A stretch of DNA of 63,918 nucleotides, the filler included, from Perkinsus olseni (taxonomy: Eukaryota): the NCBI GenBank assembly GCA_013115125.1. It is 3 parts of 3 records of this genome, joined end to end, with 100 filler letters (N's around TTAATTAATTAA, not from the genome) between each part and the next. Parts side by side here need not be neighbours in the genome. Positions count along the whole stretch, not along the records: positions 24,134 to 48,122 come from JABANN010000514.1; 2 more parts are not named here. The stretch is one strand, 5' to 3'. A program made the translations under genes and the position numbers. Positions 24,410 to 36,390 of this stretch are shown in pieces. Within the stretch, counting starts at the first letter, position 1; the number at the start of each line of letters is the position of its first letter. Below the pieces are notes generated by a model, which searched no databases, was not told where the DNA came from, and worked only from the letters and a program-made list of their open reading frames with translations.

Positions 24410-25739
24410 TATGAACTTCACCACAGACTTGGACGACTTCGGCAGGTGGGGTTTCGGAAGCTCATCGGCTTCTACTTGATGCTGCTTCGCAGAGTCCGAT
24501 CGGTGGAGTTGAAAGAGAACGGTTCGAATATAAGAGTTACAGAGGAGAACAAGAGGGAGTATGTCCATTTGGTCTGCCAGCATAAAATGACCCAGGCGGT
24601 GCGCCCGCAGCTGAACGCCTTCCTCAAGGGCTTCAACGAACTGGTAAGAGCTCTGCTGGTTTATGTTTAGCTAGTGATGATGTTCGTGTAAGATACCGAG
24701 TGATCTTCTCGGGAGAATGTTTGACGATAGAGAGCTGGAGCTGCTCATCTCCGGGCTGCCGACGATTGATGTTGAGGATTGGAGGAAAAACACCATTTAT
24801 GTCAACTACACTAAGGACTCGGACCAGATCGTAGGTGGCTGGTTGACCGAGGGGGGGAGGGAGGATGCTGGTTCGTTTGGGAGGATGAATTTTGATGCTT
24901 CGATATTCTGGGATCGGAGTTGGCTTGTTGACGGTAGAGCCGCGCACTCGAAGCCCGCTTCTGCCGTAGTGCGCGGAACTGGCATCGGAACTCTCACGTG
25001 TCGTACAGCGGAAGCGTATCTTGCGAGGATCTGAGCAGAGCTTTTTGGCGATATATCTTTGGACTTTGTGAGCCCTTTCCTCCAGTCGGCATAGCCCGGA
25101 GCGGTGATCGTAACAGTTAGTGAGGTGCAGGGTCATGGCGTGCGTGAGAATTGCCGCAGATCTTCTCGACGTGCAAGGCTCACTGTGGCCCGCTGTCGTT
25201 GTGGATCATAGTTTAGTTGCAATCGATCGGGATTATTCTGAGAAGTGTGCAGGAACGGCGGCTGGCGACCAGCTTGTTGTTGTTAGGTATGGTTCTGGTC
25301 CGTCGTAGAAGAGTTCAATCAGCAGCAGTTGGCGATGTTCCTTCAATTCGTAAGCCGCTCGCCCCCGTACTCGCCCATCCTCCCACCTCCCATCTTCTCA
25401 GGTCACCGGCAGTAGTCAGGTGCCGCTGGAGGGGTTCAAAGCCCTCCAGGGTATGCGGGGGCCTCAGAAGATGTCAGTGCATCGAGCGTAGGAGGGCGAT
25501 GATACCATACGAGTATCAGCGACTCTGAGTTGTCATCCTGTAGGTACGGCGCGGATCGGCTGCCGACAGCCCACACGTGTATGAACCAGCTGGACCTGCC
25601 CAACTATGGCGATCGGGAAACTCTCAAGGCCAAGCTTGTTTTGGTAGGTTGGGTGGTCGGCTGACAGTGGTGGTCGACATGGTTGGGACATGGCTTTCAG
25701 GCTGTTAACGAGGCGCATGAAGGGTTCGGGTTCGTGTGA
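24410..25739 (+). CDS. HECT E3 ubiquitin ligase C-terminus (HUWE1/UPL1/TOM1-like), 5'-truncated by gap
   Basis: [76 protein letters not shown]. Confidence 0.93.
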
Positions 25740-25899
25740 GATATGGAGAGAGTTGGAGAGCGGCGAACTTACGTCTTGGGAGTTCTGTTGTTTGTTTCCA
25801 CTTGGTCTTGAGGGGACACATCGGTTGTGTTACAGTGCGTCACATTCTGTCATGGACTAGGGTCAACCTAAGATTCTCTCAGATCTCATTGCTGTCGTT

Positions 25900-26870
25900 A
25901 TGCCCACGTTTTATCCACTGCTCTTCTTCGATATCGTATTTTCGTTTTTGATGGTTGGGGTTGTGGCGAGGAATGTGGAAGCGTCTATCGACGGTTGCAT
26001 TTGGATCGAAGGCCTGGGCTGCGAGTTGGGCTACGGCGGCGAGTGCTCTTCCTACTTGGCACAGGTAGATGCCTCTCTGCTCAATACAGTGGACCTGACC
26101 TATTACGAGACTCTCTGCCGTACCTGTTGGTGGTTCGAGTCTGAGGAGGCGTGCGCGTCTATGGCAGAGTGTGCTTGGGACGGTGCTGGGTGTATGTACC
26201 CTAAGAAGGATCTTCAGGGAGTATCTTTGACCAGCGAGGAGTACCACCCGAGCCTTATCTACAATGAGATACAGTCCCATGCCGTGTGTAGCAGGATAAA
26301 GGAGGAAGAGATCTGTTTACAGACGCAGTCGTGCCTTTGGTCGTCTGATAAGATGGTAGGTTCATCTTGGGGAGGTTCACTTTCAAAGAGCGAAAATCTG
26401 AAATGGCGTTCGCGCGAATTGGGACTTCACCTAACTTACTCTGAGAAGCCTTCGGAAAACTATGCCCTTTCCATTGTCGTGTTCGGAGAGACTTTGTACG
26501 ATCTCGGCGTTCCTGAAGGGCGTTCCTCCTTCTCTTCTTCTTCTTCCTCCGACGACTTGTTGTTGTCCCTTCAGTGCATACGGGACATCTGGAAGGTCAT
26601 GCAGGACTGCTGTGAACCTCTGCAGCCCATCACTGACAGAGCGGAGCAATGCAGGAATCGTTCCAACTCTGAAGTCTACTGTCTTACGTTGAGTGAAACC
26701 TCAACGACGACCATCTTAGAGGGACTAACTACCTCCTTGCCTGATGGTGTCGGCACTAATACCACATTTTCGACAACTAAGGGCGTTCAGCTGATCACTG
26801 TGCGTGCTGAGAGCAGCAATACGTCACAGTTGAGTGGACCCTCTACCGCTACGACAGTGGCGCCTACTTG
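25900..26870 (+). CDS. Secreted cysteine-rich protein with a Ser/Thr-rich tail (paralog 1)
   Basis: Signal peptide, DGCIWIEGLGCEL, repeated C-x5-C-x-W units; one intron at about 26356-26574; mucin-like tail. Confidence 0.7.
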
Positions 26871-27343
26871 AGTTCAAGTGGGTCCCTTATTTCCTATCTT
26901 TGTCTATTTTCTGGTGTAATGTAAAATTTAATATGTAAATCCATTTTGCCGGGTGGCAACTCTATTACCATGGCAGTCGTCTTTCAGTGTTTTTGAGTTG
27001 ACATCGAGCTTCCTTGAGTTGGGTCATCATTGTCTTCGACAAAAAATATGATCCTCTTTCCGGGAAACTCTGCGGATTCCGTAGCTTCGTGCAGTACAAA
27101 ATTTGTACAACAAATCTGAGAAGAAGTCTGTCTAGCGGGCCTCAGCAGGTTCTATGTGCGACCACATTTGTGACTGCCTCGGAAAGTCGTCCTACTATTG
27201 GACGCTGGACTGAGTGAGGCCTTCCAGGGAGCGACTCGCCGTGGCGGAGATTTCCGAACCAGTGCCGTCTTCATCATTTTTTCGGACTGTTATTGAAGGA
27301 CGTAAAGCAGTCGGGTTGCAGCTTTGTTTTTTACTTAAGGGTG

Positions 27344-30068
27344 ATGCCGGGTCGGGACCCGATCGACGTGAAGGTTATGCGGGTCAGTCAGATGCACCAG
27401 GCCCTGCCAGTTCATTCCATCATACAGGCATGATTCGTATCTTACATGCTTCAACCTAAGATATCTGGTGTGCTTTAGGACTGCCATAACCCGCTTCTGG
27501 GTGTGGACACATCGAGGAAATTAGGAGATGCATCGCTCAAGTTGCCCCGAGAAGTGAGGTAGTAGCGTTGAGGCCTGCGTTGTGAGTTCCCCGTCGAGAG
27601 TGCCCCAAACTAGTGTGAGTTTTGAAAGAACTGAGGGAGCTTCAATAGAAATTGCTTGGGATAGTGTCACTGTCTTTGTGTGTTCTGAGATAAGTCTACC
27701 ACCACCGGCGATCGAACCTGACTGGTATCGTGTCTGGGATACTCCCCACAGAAAAGGGGGGGGGCTCATCTTACGTTGAACGTTTCGTCGCGTTGTATTT
27801 AGGGGTAGGCACCGGACTAAAATCGCGTAGTCCGGTCCGGTGCGGTCCGGACCGGACCAACCGGACCAGCCGGACCAGCCGGACCGGACTTTGTGCCCAC
27901 CCCTAGTTGTATTCTTTTTCGTCCCGTGTCGTGCCTGATCCCATTCCAGCCAGACTCACCCTCTCATTTCTTGCGCGTGCGAGGTCGTTGTGGATTTTTC
28001 CACCCAGGTATGAGGGTATCTTTTCTCAGTGACATGTTCGTGGGTGAAGCCTTCCAAGGATTCATAACAGTCGCCGTTGACAGCCCGAGCATAAGCACAC
28101 TCTACAATGTCACTCTTAGGGTAACCCTCAGGGAATCCCAAGTATCTTAGGTTGAAGCATGCACTTCACAGGTTAATCTATCGTGTCCGGCGGTGGGTGA
28201 GGAATCTGTCAGTCTAGTCGACACCACCGACCATCCCCTCCGCGTCCTCGCGAAAGAGTGTCCTGTCGAGCAAGTGGTCACGACCAGAGGGAAGTTCGTA
28301 AGCGCTGGATGTCTAGGCTGGCCTTCACTCGACCTCTCTCCCTCAGTCCCTCTCTGTCCCTTCGATACATATACTACAAGTGCAGATGACGTGAGCCGTC
28401 TGTCTTGACCCTCTGTCGTGCTTCGCTCCGCCTCGAATATTTACCATTTTAGATACACTATGTCACCTGACGGAGAGACGTTGTACTTCAAACGCAGCTA
28501 CAAGTTCCCTGTTGTCGCCCCTCTGGCAGTTCACCATGAAGTGGTTCAACTGGACGTGAGCTCTCGGACAGCCGAAGCGTATCTTAGGTTGAAGCTTGTC
28601 TCAGACGCGACTTTTGTGTAACGTCACTGTTACCAACACTCACCCTACTGCGAACATAGCGATCTTTGATACGGAGATCGAACCGCTCCCGGGCTTCCTC
28701 AGTCAACCTGTGGGTGATACGAGTAAGTTGACAGCTCAGGAAGTGACCTGAGGGATCCCGTCGTCTCGGTGGAAACCAGATTTGCGGCCTCTGGCCATTC
28801 TCAGGGAGTACTCACGTGTTGCCGCCGAAAGAGGCCAATGCGGCCGAGTACGTATTCCAGCTAAGTCCTCGCGGGAGTAGTGTTGATATCAGCTATGTAG
28901 GTCGTGTTTCCAAGTCCAGTCATACCAGAACTTGCGCAACTCTAGGTACGACAGTTGGCATCCTATGGCGTGTTCAAGTATCAATGGCGATGTCCACAGC
29001 TGGGCAGTGCGTCTGACTCGTTACTCGGCGTGAAGCAGCAGCTGGACGTACGGCCTCTGCAACAGCAGGACCTCGACCTACGACTGGTGAGAATATCAGC
29101 ATGACAGGGTAGAGGGTGCTGAACCTCCATGCATGAGCGTTGATGAGTCGCTTAAGAGAGACTTTGAGGGGACGATTCTCTCCTCAAAATTGCTGTCGCT
29201 GATTTTCTTCTCAAAATTGCTGTCGCTGATTTTCTTCTCAAAATTGCCGTCACTGGTTTTCTTCTCAAAAATGTTCATGTACTCGTGACTATGATTCGCC
29301 TGGAACTCGACTGACCACCAAGATGCTCACTACTAATGGATCATCAACTCGTTTTGTTCAGCAAGCATCGAGCTATGATGCCGCAGTCGCGTCCAAGGTC
29401 AGTGGCCTGCCCGAAGGAGTTCTCGCGGCTACTGTAGAGAAGCCCTTTTCTATCCAAGTGGAAGTTGTTAACAATTCTGAGAGGGATATCGCTCTGGCTA
29501 TCCACTACGATGTTGATGCTCTGGGAGATGTACAGATAGCCGGAGCTACGGAGGAGACCTTAGGGGTACCCTGTGCCTCGTGGTCGAGTTTAATGGGGTC
29601 TGGAAAACGTATCTTTTTTTTCGTGTCGTGCACGCACGAGTAGGTGACCTGTACAGCGCATTATGGACTCGCCATCCATCTCTCGCGACATCCTAGGTGG
29701 TCTTTTTCACGTTCATCAGTTGAACCGCCTCTGAATAAACCCATGCGTATTCGGCAGAATGATCGCCTCCGTTGCGTTTTTCGATTGTCGCTTTTTCCCT
29801 TGACGACGAATCGCCATTGACACCATACTGTCGTCTTCCGTTGGGCCAGCATCAGGAGAGAATGTTATTATCACCACCCTACGCTAGGCTGAGCACTGCG
29901 TCTCTTCAGACGATACAAGCATTCAGCTCCCTGCCGTTCACCCTCTCCCTCTTCCCCTTCGCAGCTGGCATCTTCACTCTGGGCTCCGGCATATCTCTGC
30001 GGGATAAGGAGACTGATGCTAAGTACCAAGTGTCACCGTTTGCTCAGCTTGTGTGTTTACCAGCGTGA
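27344..30068 (+). CDS. TRAPPC13: Trafficking protein particle complex subunit 13
   Basis: IDVKVMRV, LKLPREVSDMFVGEAFQGFI, GETLYFKRSYKFPVVAPL, VEKPFSIQVEVVNNSERDI and ISLRDKETDAKY match the TRAPPC13 layout. Confidence 0.8.
27800..27905. mobile_element. hAT-type MITE (106 bp) in a TRAPPC13 intron
   Basis: 13-bp TIRs TAGGGGTAGGCAC / GTGCCCACCCCTA (1 mismatch), a perfect 8-bp TSD GTTGTATT (27792-27799 and 27906-27913), and internal CCGGA/CCGGT repeats. Confidence 0.9.
29183..29271. repeat. 27-bp minisatellite, about 3.3 copies, probably intronic
   Basis: Unit TTCTCAAAATTGCTGTCGCTGATTTTC. Confidence 0.9.
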
Positions 30069-30483
30069 CTGCGATATTTGTTTCACTGCTCTCGTCGTTG
30101 TGTTGGGTTCGGGCCCCCCTTTGCTGCACCAGCCACTGACTTCTTATCGGAAAAACTACTGCTTCTTAGATATTATTCGTTCGAAAAAAACTCTATTTTC
30201 CGTTGAAAAGTACTCGAAAGTTCTGGAAAAAGTAAGCTCTGGGCTGTAAGTTCCCGGTAAGTTCGAAACTCGAAAGTTCCCAACTTGTCAAATCTATGCC
30301 TCGGCCACTCGAGACTGAGGTCCTCAGTTAGCCAAAGGGACGTCTTCTTAGTATTAATTTACACGGGAGAGTACCATCATTCTGTCAACGGGAAAATTGG
30401 TGTGATTTTTCTCGGCGCTTAACGTCTTGCGGGATATTATCATGACCCTGCTCGGTCCGCAAGTTTTGTTATAGTCATTCAAA

Positions 30484-31160
30484 ATGCTGCAAACAACGCT
30501 CATCTTTTTTGTATTTCTCCCGACACTGTCGGTCGAGGCGCAGCCAACGGAGATCCGCTCGAGTGACGGCTGCATATGGGTTGAAGGGTTGGGGTGTGAG
30601 CTGAGCTACGAGGCTGAGTGTGATGCCTACCAGGCAATCGACAGGCCGTCGCTGTGGCCGATGCTGAATGAGCTAGATTGGCAGTACTATGAGAATAGGT
30701 GCTCCTATTGCCTTGCTATGGCGGATCGGGATACCTGTGTAGCAAGCGAGATCTGCGAATGGTCAGCGGGAATATGTTCTTATGTATTCAAAGCATACGT
30801 TGGCCTCTAGAGCTATCCAGGAGCCCCATTCCGGCGGTGAGGATCGGGTTAGTTTCCTTCGCAGTGAAGTAACAGCGCACATGATGTGCCAGAAGCTGAG
30901 GGAAGCGGAGGACTGCCGTAACGTTTGGGGATGCCTTTGGGACACAGGAAGGGAAAAAGTGAGCGTGATAGCGTCAGCCGTTCGTGCCCGTCATCGCTTG
31001 TTCTCAGTGCCTGCGCGACATCTGGGCGGTGATGAGCTCCTGCTGTCCGTGGCTCCAAGCGATCTACACCAAGGCTGACGTTTGCCGCAACAGAAGCTCC
31101 TCGCTTGTGGCATGCATCGGAGGAAGCAGAGAGGGAATGCCTTATTATTATGAACCATAA
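30484..31160 (+). CDS. Secreted cysteine-rich protein (paralog 2)
   Basis: Signal peptide; DGCIWVEGLGCEL, YYENRCSYC and CLRDIWAVMSSCC..CRNRS align with paralog 1. It needs a 37-nt intron (30784-30820) or a frameshift. Confidence 0.65.
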
Positions 31161-31436
31161 TCATTCGTTTTTTGTGGACTACTTTTTATGGCCTGTTCAA
31201 GGCTTGCTGGTTACAGATTATACTGCTCAACCGGTTCTGTCTTGTGGCAATCTTCTTTATTACGCAGTATGACCATCGGCTGGGTGTTGAGTTGTCTTAG
31301 TTCCGTTAGGTGGTGGGAATTCGTGGCCCTATTCTTCCCTGAGAGAGACAGTTGCTTGCCTTACTAAAGGAACCGAGGTTGATCCGAGCACAAGTCAGAA
31401 GCATCGATTGACGAGACCTTCTCGGTGTTAGAAATA

Positions 31437-34421
31437 ATGGCACGACTGCCGTATTCTGAGTAGGTTAGTGTCGAAGCAACACCTAGGGAGTGGACTCCTC
31501 TGTGTGTGAGGTACCTCTACTTGCCGACTACTTCCAGTGACTGGTCTGTCTATGAGGAGATACTCAAACCTGTGTGCTCACAACAAGGCACCACCCCTGA
31601 CCAGTTGCGAGTACTACCCCGACGAACACACCCATGTGTCTGGTCTCTAGCCGATCGCAAAGCTGGAGGAACCGTTTAGGTTTGACGCTCGAAGTGCTAA
31701 AGTGAATTTCGGTCGTTCGTTTTGCCTTCGGGTTGAGCTCGAGTATGCTGCTAGCTTCGCTCCGCCGTCCATTAGTTTTTGTTCCGGCTGGAGGGGGTGT
31801 TCAATCAGCTGTATTCGAACCTCAGAATTGATTTTAGAGACGCATTTTACGTGTGAAAATCAATTTCAGAAACTAAGAATGTGTCTATTGGACACGGGGT
31901 GTCACCACTGGTCAGGATGTCCTTGAGCGGATCGCGGAGGTGTACGCACGAAGGGACCGAGCAGCCAGGTCGGGTGGTGGTGGAAGGCTGTCGGTCTTTG
32001 AGAAGCGGTTGACCCGCAGGTTTTACAAGGACTTACCAAGAATGCTGTGGAAGCTGCCAGTAAAAGAGAGAGCTGCTTTCCTCGGCACTGCTGTTCCCGA
32101 GATGGCGCGCCGGGTCATCGAGATCGAGGCTGTGATGGGAATCAAAGTGAGGGGGAGCGTGCATTAGCGGTCAATCAGCATCATGTTATGAAGAATCAGA
32201 GAGTCTTCAGTGGATCTTCGCTGAGTCTCGGTAGCTTCCAGGATCGTACTTAACCGACAAGTGGCTTCTTATACGTCAATTCGAGGCGTGCTGGCCTCCC
32301 ATGCGCTCAAACACTCGGGTGGAGGTCTGCTAAACACCTGAGTTCGGTGGTATCGGTGATGGGATTGTCTTTGTTGTTGCCAGACAGTTGGACTGCTACG
32401 GAAACGGCGTGGCGGTCAAGAAGAGCATTCGGTTTCCTTCACGCCCTATCAGGCATCAGCACTGTTGTCATTGGCCTTCTTCGGTGTCCCGATGTAAGGC
32501 GATTGCTGTTTTCAGACTACCGCCATGACAACCTCTCGTGTAGGTACTGGTCGGACGACGGGTGTAGTGGTCGTGGCAAGCCGTCTGTGCGGTTCAACTT
32601 CGCCAAGTTTTACCACGACCGCCACAATCAAGTGGCCAAGCTTCGCTGCATCATCTTGTACTTCAATCACCAGTGCGGTGCGACTGGTACCTCGGATGAT
32701 CGGCACATCACCATCACGCGGGTTCGAGGCACCCACGGGTGAGAGCAGCTGCACTCAGGGGGTTGTCCAGCCGTGGTCCCTCTCAGACGTATGGGGGAAT
32801 GGTGGAGTACACGAGACGTGCCGATGTCCAAGCTAGAGGTCATCGCTCCGCTAGCGCTTCCAGGCGAGCCTGCATGCCCAGGTCCGCGGTGATGGTGAGC
32901 GTATCGAAGACGCAGTTGGCCTGCTGCAAGCGGACTTCGCCAACTGCAGAGTCGGCGGTGGGGTGCTCTCGAGCGGCTGCGTTCAAGAAGAGATCCGGTC
33001 AGTGTTGATACAGTTCGGCTTCAAAAACTGTATATAAAATTTTGAAACTTTTGGTACATCGGTGCCAGTCCGACTGGGCCGGTTTTCGGCCTTGGACTGA
33101 AAACTCACACGCACAGTTCTACCTGTTAAACGGGCGTTCAGGTTCATGATCTGCCCCGAGCTGCTTCTGTCAACCCTGGTGGGAGCTGTTGACCCACTGG
33201 CTGACTATGAGGCTATGTACATTCATGGGGCAATACAGTAGTCGAGAATCTTGCTCTCTTGCAAATTCTCAACGGTCTGTCGCCCTAGGTTCACAGATTA
33301 CATCGGCTACGGGTCCTCCTTTGAATGTAGCGGCTACGTAGAAGGTGCCGCAGCTCAGCAGCCCAGCTGGGTGATCGTTATGGACGCCCTCCACTTTGGT
33401 CAGCATTCAGCACACCGGGCCACCCAGTACAGCCCGAGGCAAGTCTCTTCATCAGTCTTAGGCGTATCTTAGGTCCCAATCAGGCACGTACTACGAGAGC
33501 TGAACAAGTGCCATATCGCCTTGACGGCTCCTGGCTTGCATGATGGCGTGGCTTTTGCTACAGGAAACTGGGGTTGTGGGGTGTTCGGCGGTGACCCCCA
33601 ATTGAAGAGTATCTTGCAGGTCGGTTGGGTGCCGCGGACGAGTGGCACGGCACGTCCACGAGTGGGTCTAGTCACTCCAAGGTTGTCGTTGAGGGGACTC
33701 TGTCGTATTGGCTTGCCGAAAGGTGCAGCCTCACTGTGGACTGGGAGTTGGCATGAGCAAAAAATAACAATCAGTACCGGTCAACACCGCGGACTCGAAA
33801 TTGTTCCCGGGACTCGTGGACCCAGTGGACTGCTTTTTATATCCGGCAAAAACGGGAGTGGCTTATTTTTTTAGTGGCTGGCATGCTCAACCGCTGGGCG
33901 TGACATCAGCTACTTTCCCTATGGCGATTCGAGAGTCGCGGAGTTGAGTCGAGTAGCCGCTGTTGTGGAGCAGAAAGGCTGGACTGTTGGTGACCTGGCG
34001 GCTAAGATCCTCCTGTACGTCGAAGGGTCGGGCCTCTCTTCGCATTCTTATTGGAGCTTTATTATTGGCAAAGAGGCTCCGCAGGGAGGTCCCGATGATC
34101 TATGTCAAAATCCCCTCGGCCAGGTCGCTCAAGGTGGACTATGAAGACTCTCGATAATCTCATTAGAGCTGAGCATTCGTCACTTGTGCAGTTCGACTCG
34201 TCTCTCTCAGGTGGTCCATAACCGAAAGCAGTCGGACTGGCTTGTTCCGCCACCTTCTTGGCGAAGACCCACCCTCACCAGGAGAAGCAACGGCAGCGAC
34301 CTCGTCTAGTGTGGATTCTGCTGGCCGCGGTCCATTCGAGAAGAGACCGAGAGTTACAGATTACGAAGTCGATAAAAGCGAGTGTAATTTGGTGCCACCA
34401 TATTCTAATGAAGTTTCTTGA
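31437..34421 (+). CDS. PARG: Poly(ADP-ribose) glycohydrolase
   Basis: [42 protein letters not shown] (GGG-x-QEE signature), RELNK and ATGNWGCGVFGGDPQLK..QWLA. Both ends are approximate. Confidence 0.92.
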
Positions 34422-35062
34422 TGCAAAAGCGTGTTTATTTTATCCAGCTATATATAGCTTACCGAGAAATAAACGACGGAGTCGCCAACTGAGATCGCCG
34501 ATGGGATTTTGGTTCACTTGGGCTCGAAGGGCACAAACCTTGTTCAGGTATTTACAAAGATCACATCAGCAACTTGCTGACAGCAAGTCCCGTCAAGTCT
34601 TATGATGAGACTCTCATCTCATCCACTGATGCGAGAGGAAGGCTATGTCTTCGACCCCGCGAACGTTGAGCTCGGCACAGAGGCGACAGGCCAGCTGAGT
34701 TCGCCTCCGCTTGTCAGTGTGTAGACTCGGGCGGTACAACCACACCATTTAGGAACTAATAGGACCACTCTAGTGGTACTCATGGCCCTACTCTAAGGAA
34801 CTGCGGTAACTTCGAGTACTACTGGCAGTACGGACACGATCGCCGTGATGTGACCGTGCTCTCCACGAGTTAACCCTCGGTGGCCGTAACTCGATGGGCC
34901 CACTCACAGCGACCTTCGACGAAGAACTCAGAAAAAGCTGTCTGTAATGTTCATATCGCTGATCCTATCTTGCAGCGATTGAAGCTGAGCTGAGTGGCAG
35001 ATGATAAGAAGACAGCAGATAAACGATAGGTTTCGAGATGGCAAAACCCGGGTGTTGTGTTC

Positions 35063-35911
35063 TCAATCAGCCAGTCTCTTCGCATTCCACGAGTGGCTGC
35101 GAAGTATACACCGACCGTACTGGCACACAACACTTCGAGAATAATGTAACAGACCGAAGTATACACACTCAGTGAGAAAAAGTAACACTCCCGCGATATA
35201 TGCCGCCGCTTTCCGGCCATCATCCGATCGGAAATCAAAATCAGGAAGGCCTGTGTAATTACAGACCATATGAGAGGCGATTGGACCCGCCAGGCTGCCG
35301 GTGGCTTCTAAGAGGGCCGTGCAGAATGCACCGAATACACCAGTATAGCTCATAGTGAGGCACGCCGAGATGACACCTCGCACTGGATCGACGAGTATTT
35401 CTTTGGTATAATGGTGGACATGAGCAAGAGTGAAGAACACTGGACCGCAGAGGGCTAGCCGCCATGCGAATGATAGGGAAGCTTCGCGGAGTAGAGCATC
35501 ACAACAACCGCGGAAAACAAACTCTTCGGTCACTGGGGCGATGAGGAGCGCCCGGAGGATCTGCCACTTGTTGAGACCATTCATTGCACTTTCACCATAG
35601 AGAAGAGGGCCCATCATGAGAGTCAGTGTCAACGTCAGGCCCACTGCGGCCGAGTATAGAGAAGTTGAGAGGTGCGCGAAGAGCTGCAAGGACTTGACCC
35701 GGTGACCAGTGGCGCAGTGGACGATGAGGTAGCTGATGACAGAAGCGATAATGACGGATATTGATCGTAATTTGATGACATCGGTGCGATCTCGAGTTTT
35801 GGGGTTGAGGACGTCGGAGTGGACACCTAGTAAGGGCCAGATGTACAGCAGACCGACGTAGAGGCCGCTGCAAAGGGAGCAGCAGAGGAGGGCAGATGGT
35901 ACCGATAGCAT
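35063..35911 (-). CDS. RCE1: CAAX prenyl protease 2 (CPBP family intramembrane protease)
   Basis: RDRTDVIKLR, APVTEEFVFRG, FTLAHVHH, YTGVFGAF and SHMVCNYTGLP; apparently a single exon. Confidence 0.92.
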   Translation of the reverse strand: MLSVPSALLCCSLCSGLYVGLLYIWPLLGVHSDVLNPKTRDRTDVIKLRSISVIIASVISYLIVHCATGHRVKSLQLFAHLSTSLYSAAVGLTLTLTLMMGPLLYGESAMNGLNKWQILRALLIAPVTEEFVFRGCCDALLREASLSFAWRLALCGPVFFTLAHVHHYTKEILVDPVRGVISACLTMSYTGVFGAFCTALLEATGSLAGPIASHMVCNYTGLPDFDFRSDDGRKAAAYIAGVLLFLTECVYFGLLHYSRSVVCQYGRCILRSHSWNAKRLAD

Positions 35912-36390
35912 TGAAGACAACCTAGGGAACTTACTGAGTTCTATATGCGCTCCGTGCTCTCTATTCGTAGGGGTTTACAACCAGACGTGAGCTGCGGTTC
36001 AACCGCAGCGGCTGAGTTGGTATGAGATCAAGCGGCGGAGCGTACGATTTAAGTAACGATAAGTGAGGTAGTAGAGATTGTTAGTTACTCGTTCACACGG
36101 TGACCCATTGGGTGTAAGACACACCCATCAGGTTTCTTAATGACACGTAATGCCGGCAATACCCTTCGAAGGCCGACCCTTCAGTGCCAGTTTTGCGTTG
36201 CCTCGCACATTACTAATCTCCGTGACGTTCACTTCGTGACCCCAAACCGACCACTACTAAGATAATGCCTCCCTCCCGCTGTTCAATCTCAAAGACGACG
36301 GTATCCAAACTAATCATTTGTAATCGCGCGCGCCCATGCGATCGATTCATATTTCGTGATTACTACTCAGGCTCATCATTCGACATCATC

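Noticed and set aside
29183-29271. 27-bp repeats as a CRISPR array
   Set aside because: Head-to-tail tandem units without spacers, in a eukaryotic intronic context, with no cas genes.
34602-34698. ATGATGA...CTGA box C/D snoRNA-like segment between PARG and RCE1
   Set aside because: No terminal stem and no recognisable rRNA-complementary guide. The boxes alone are too common.
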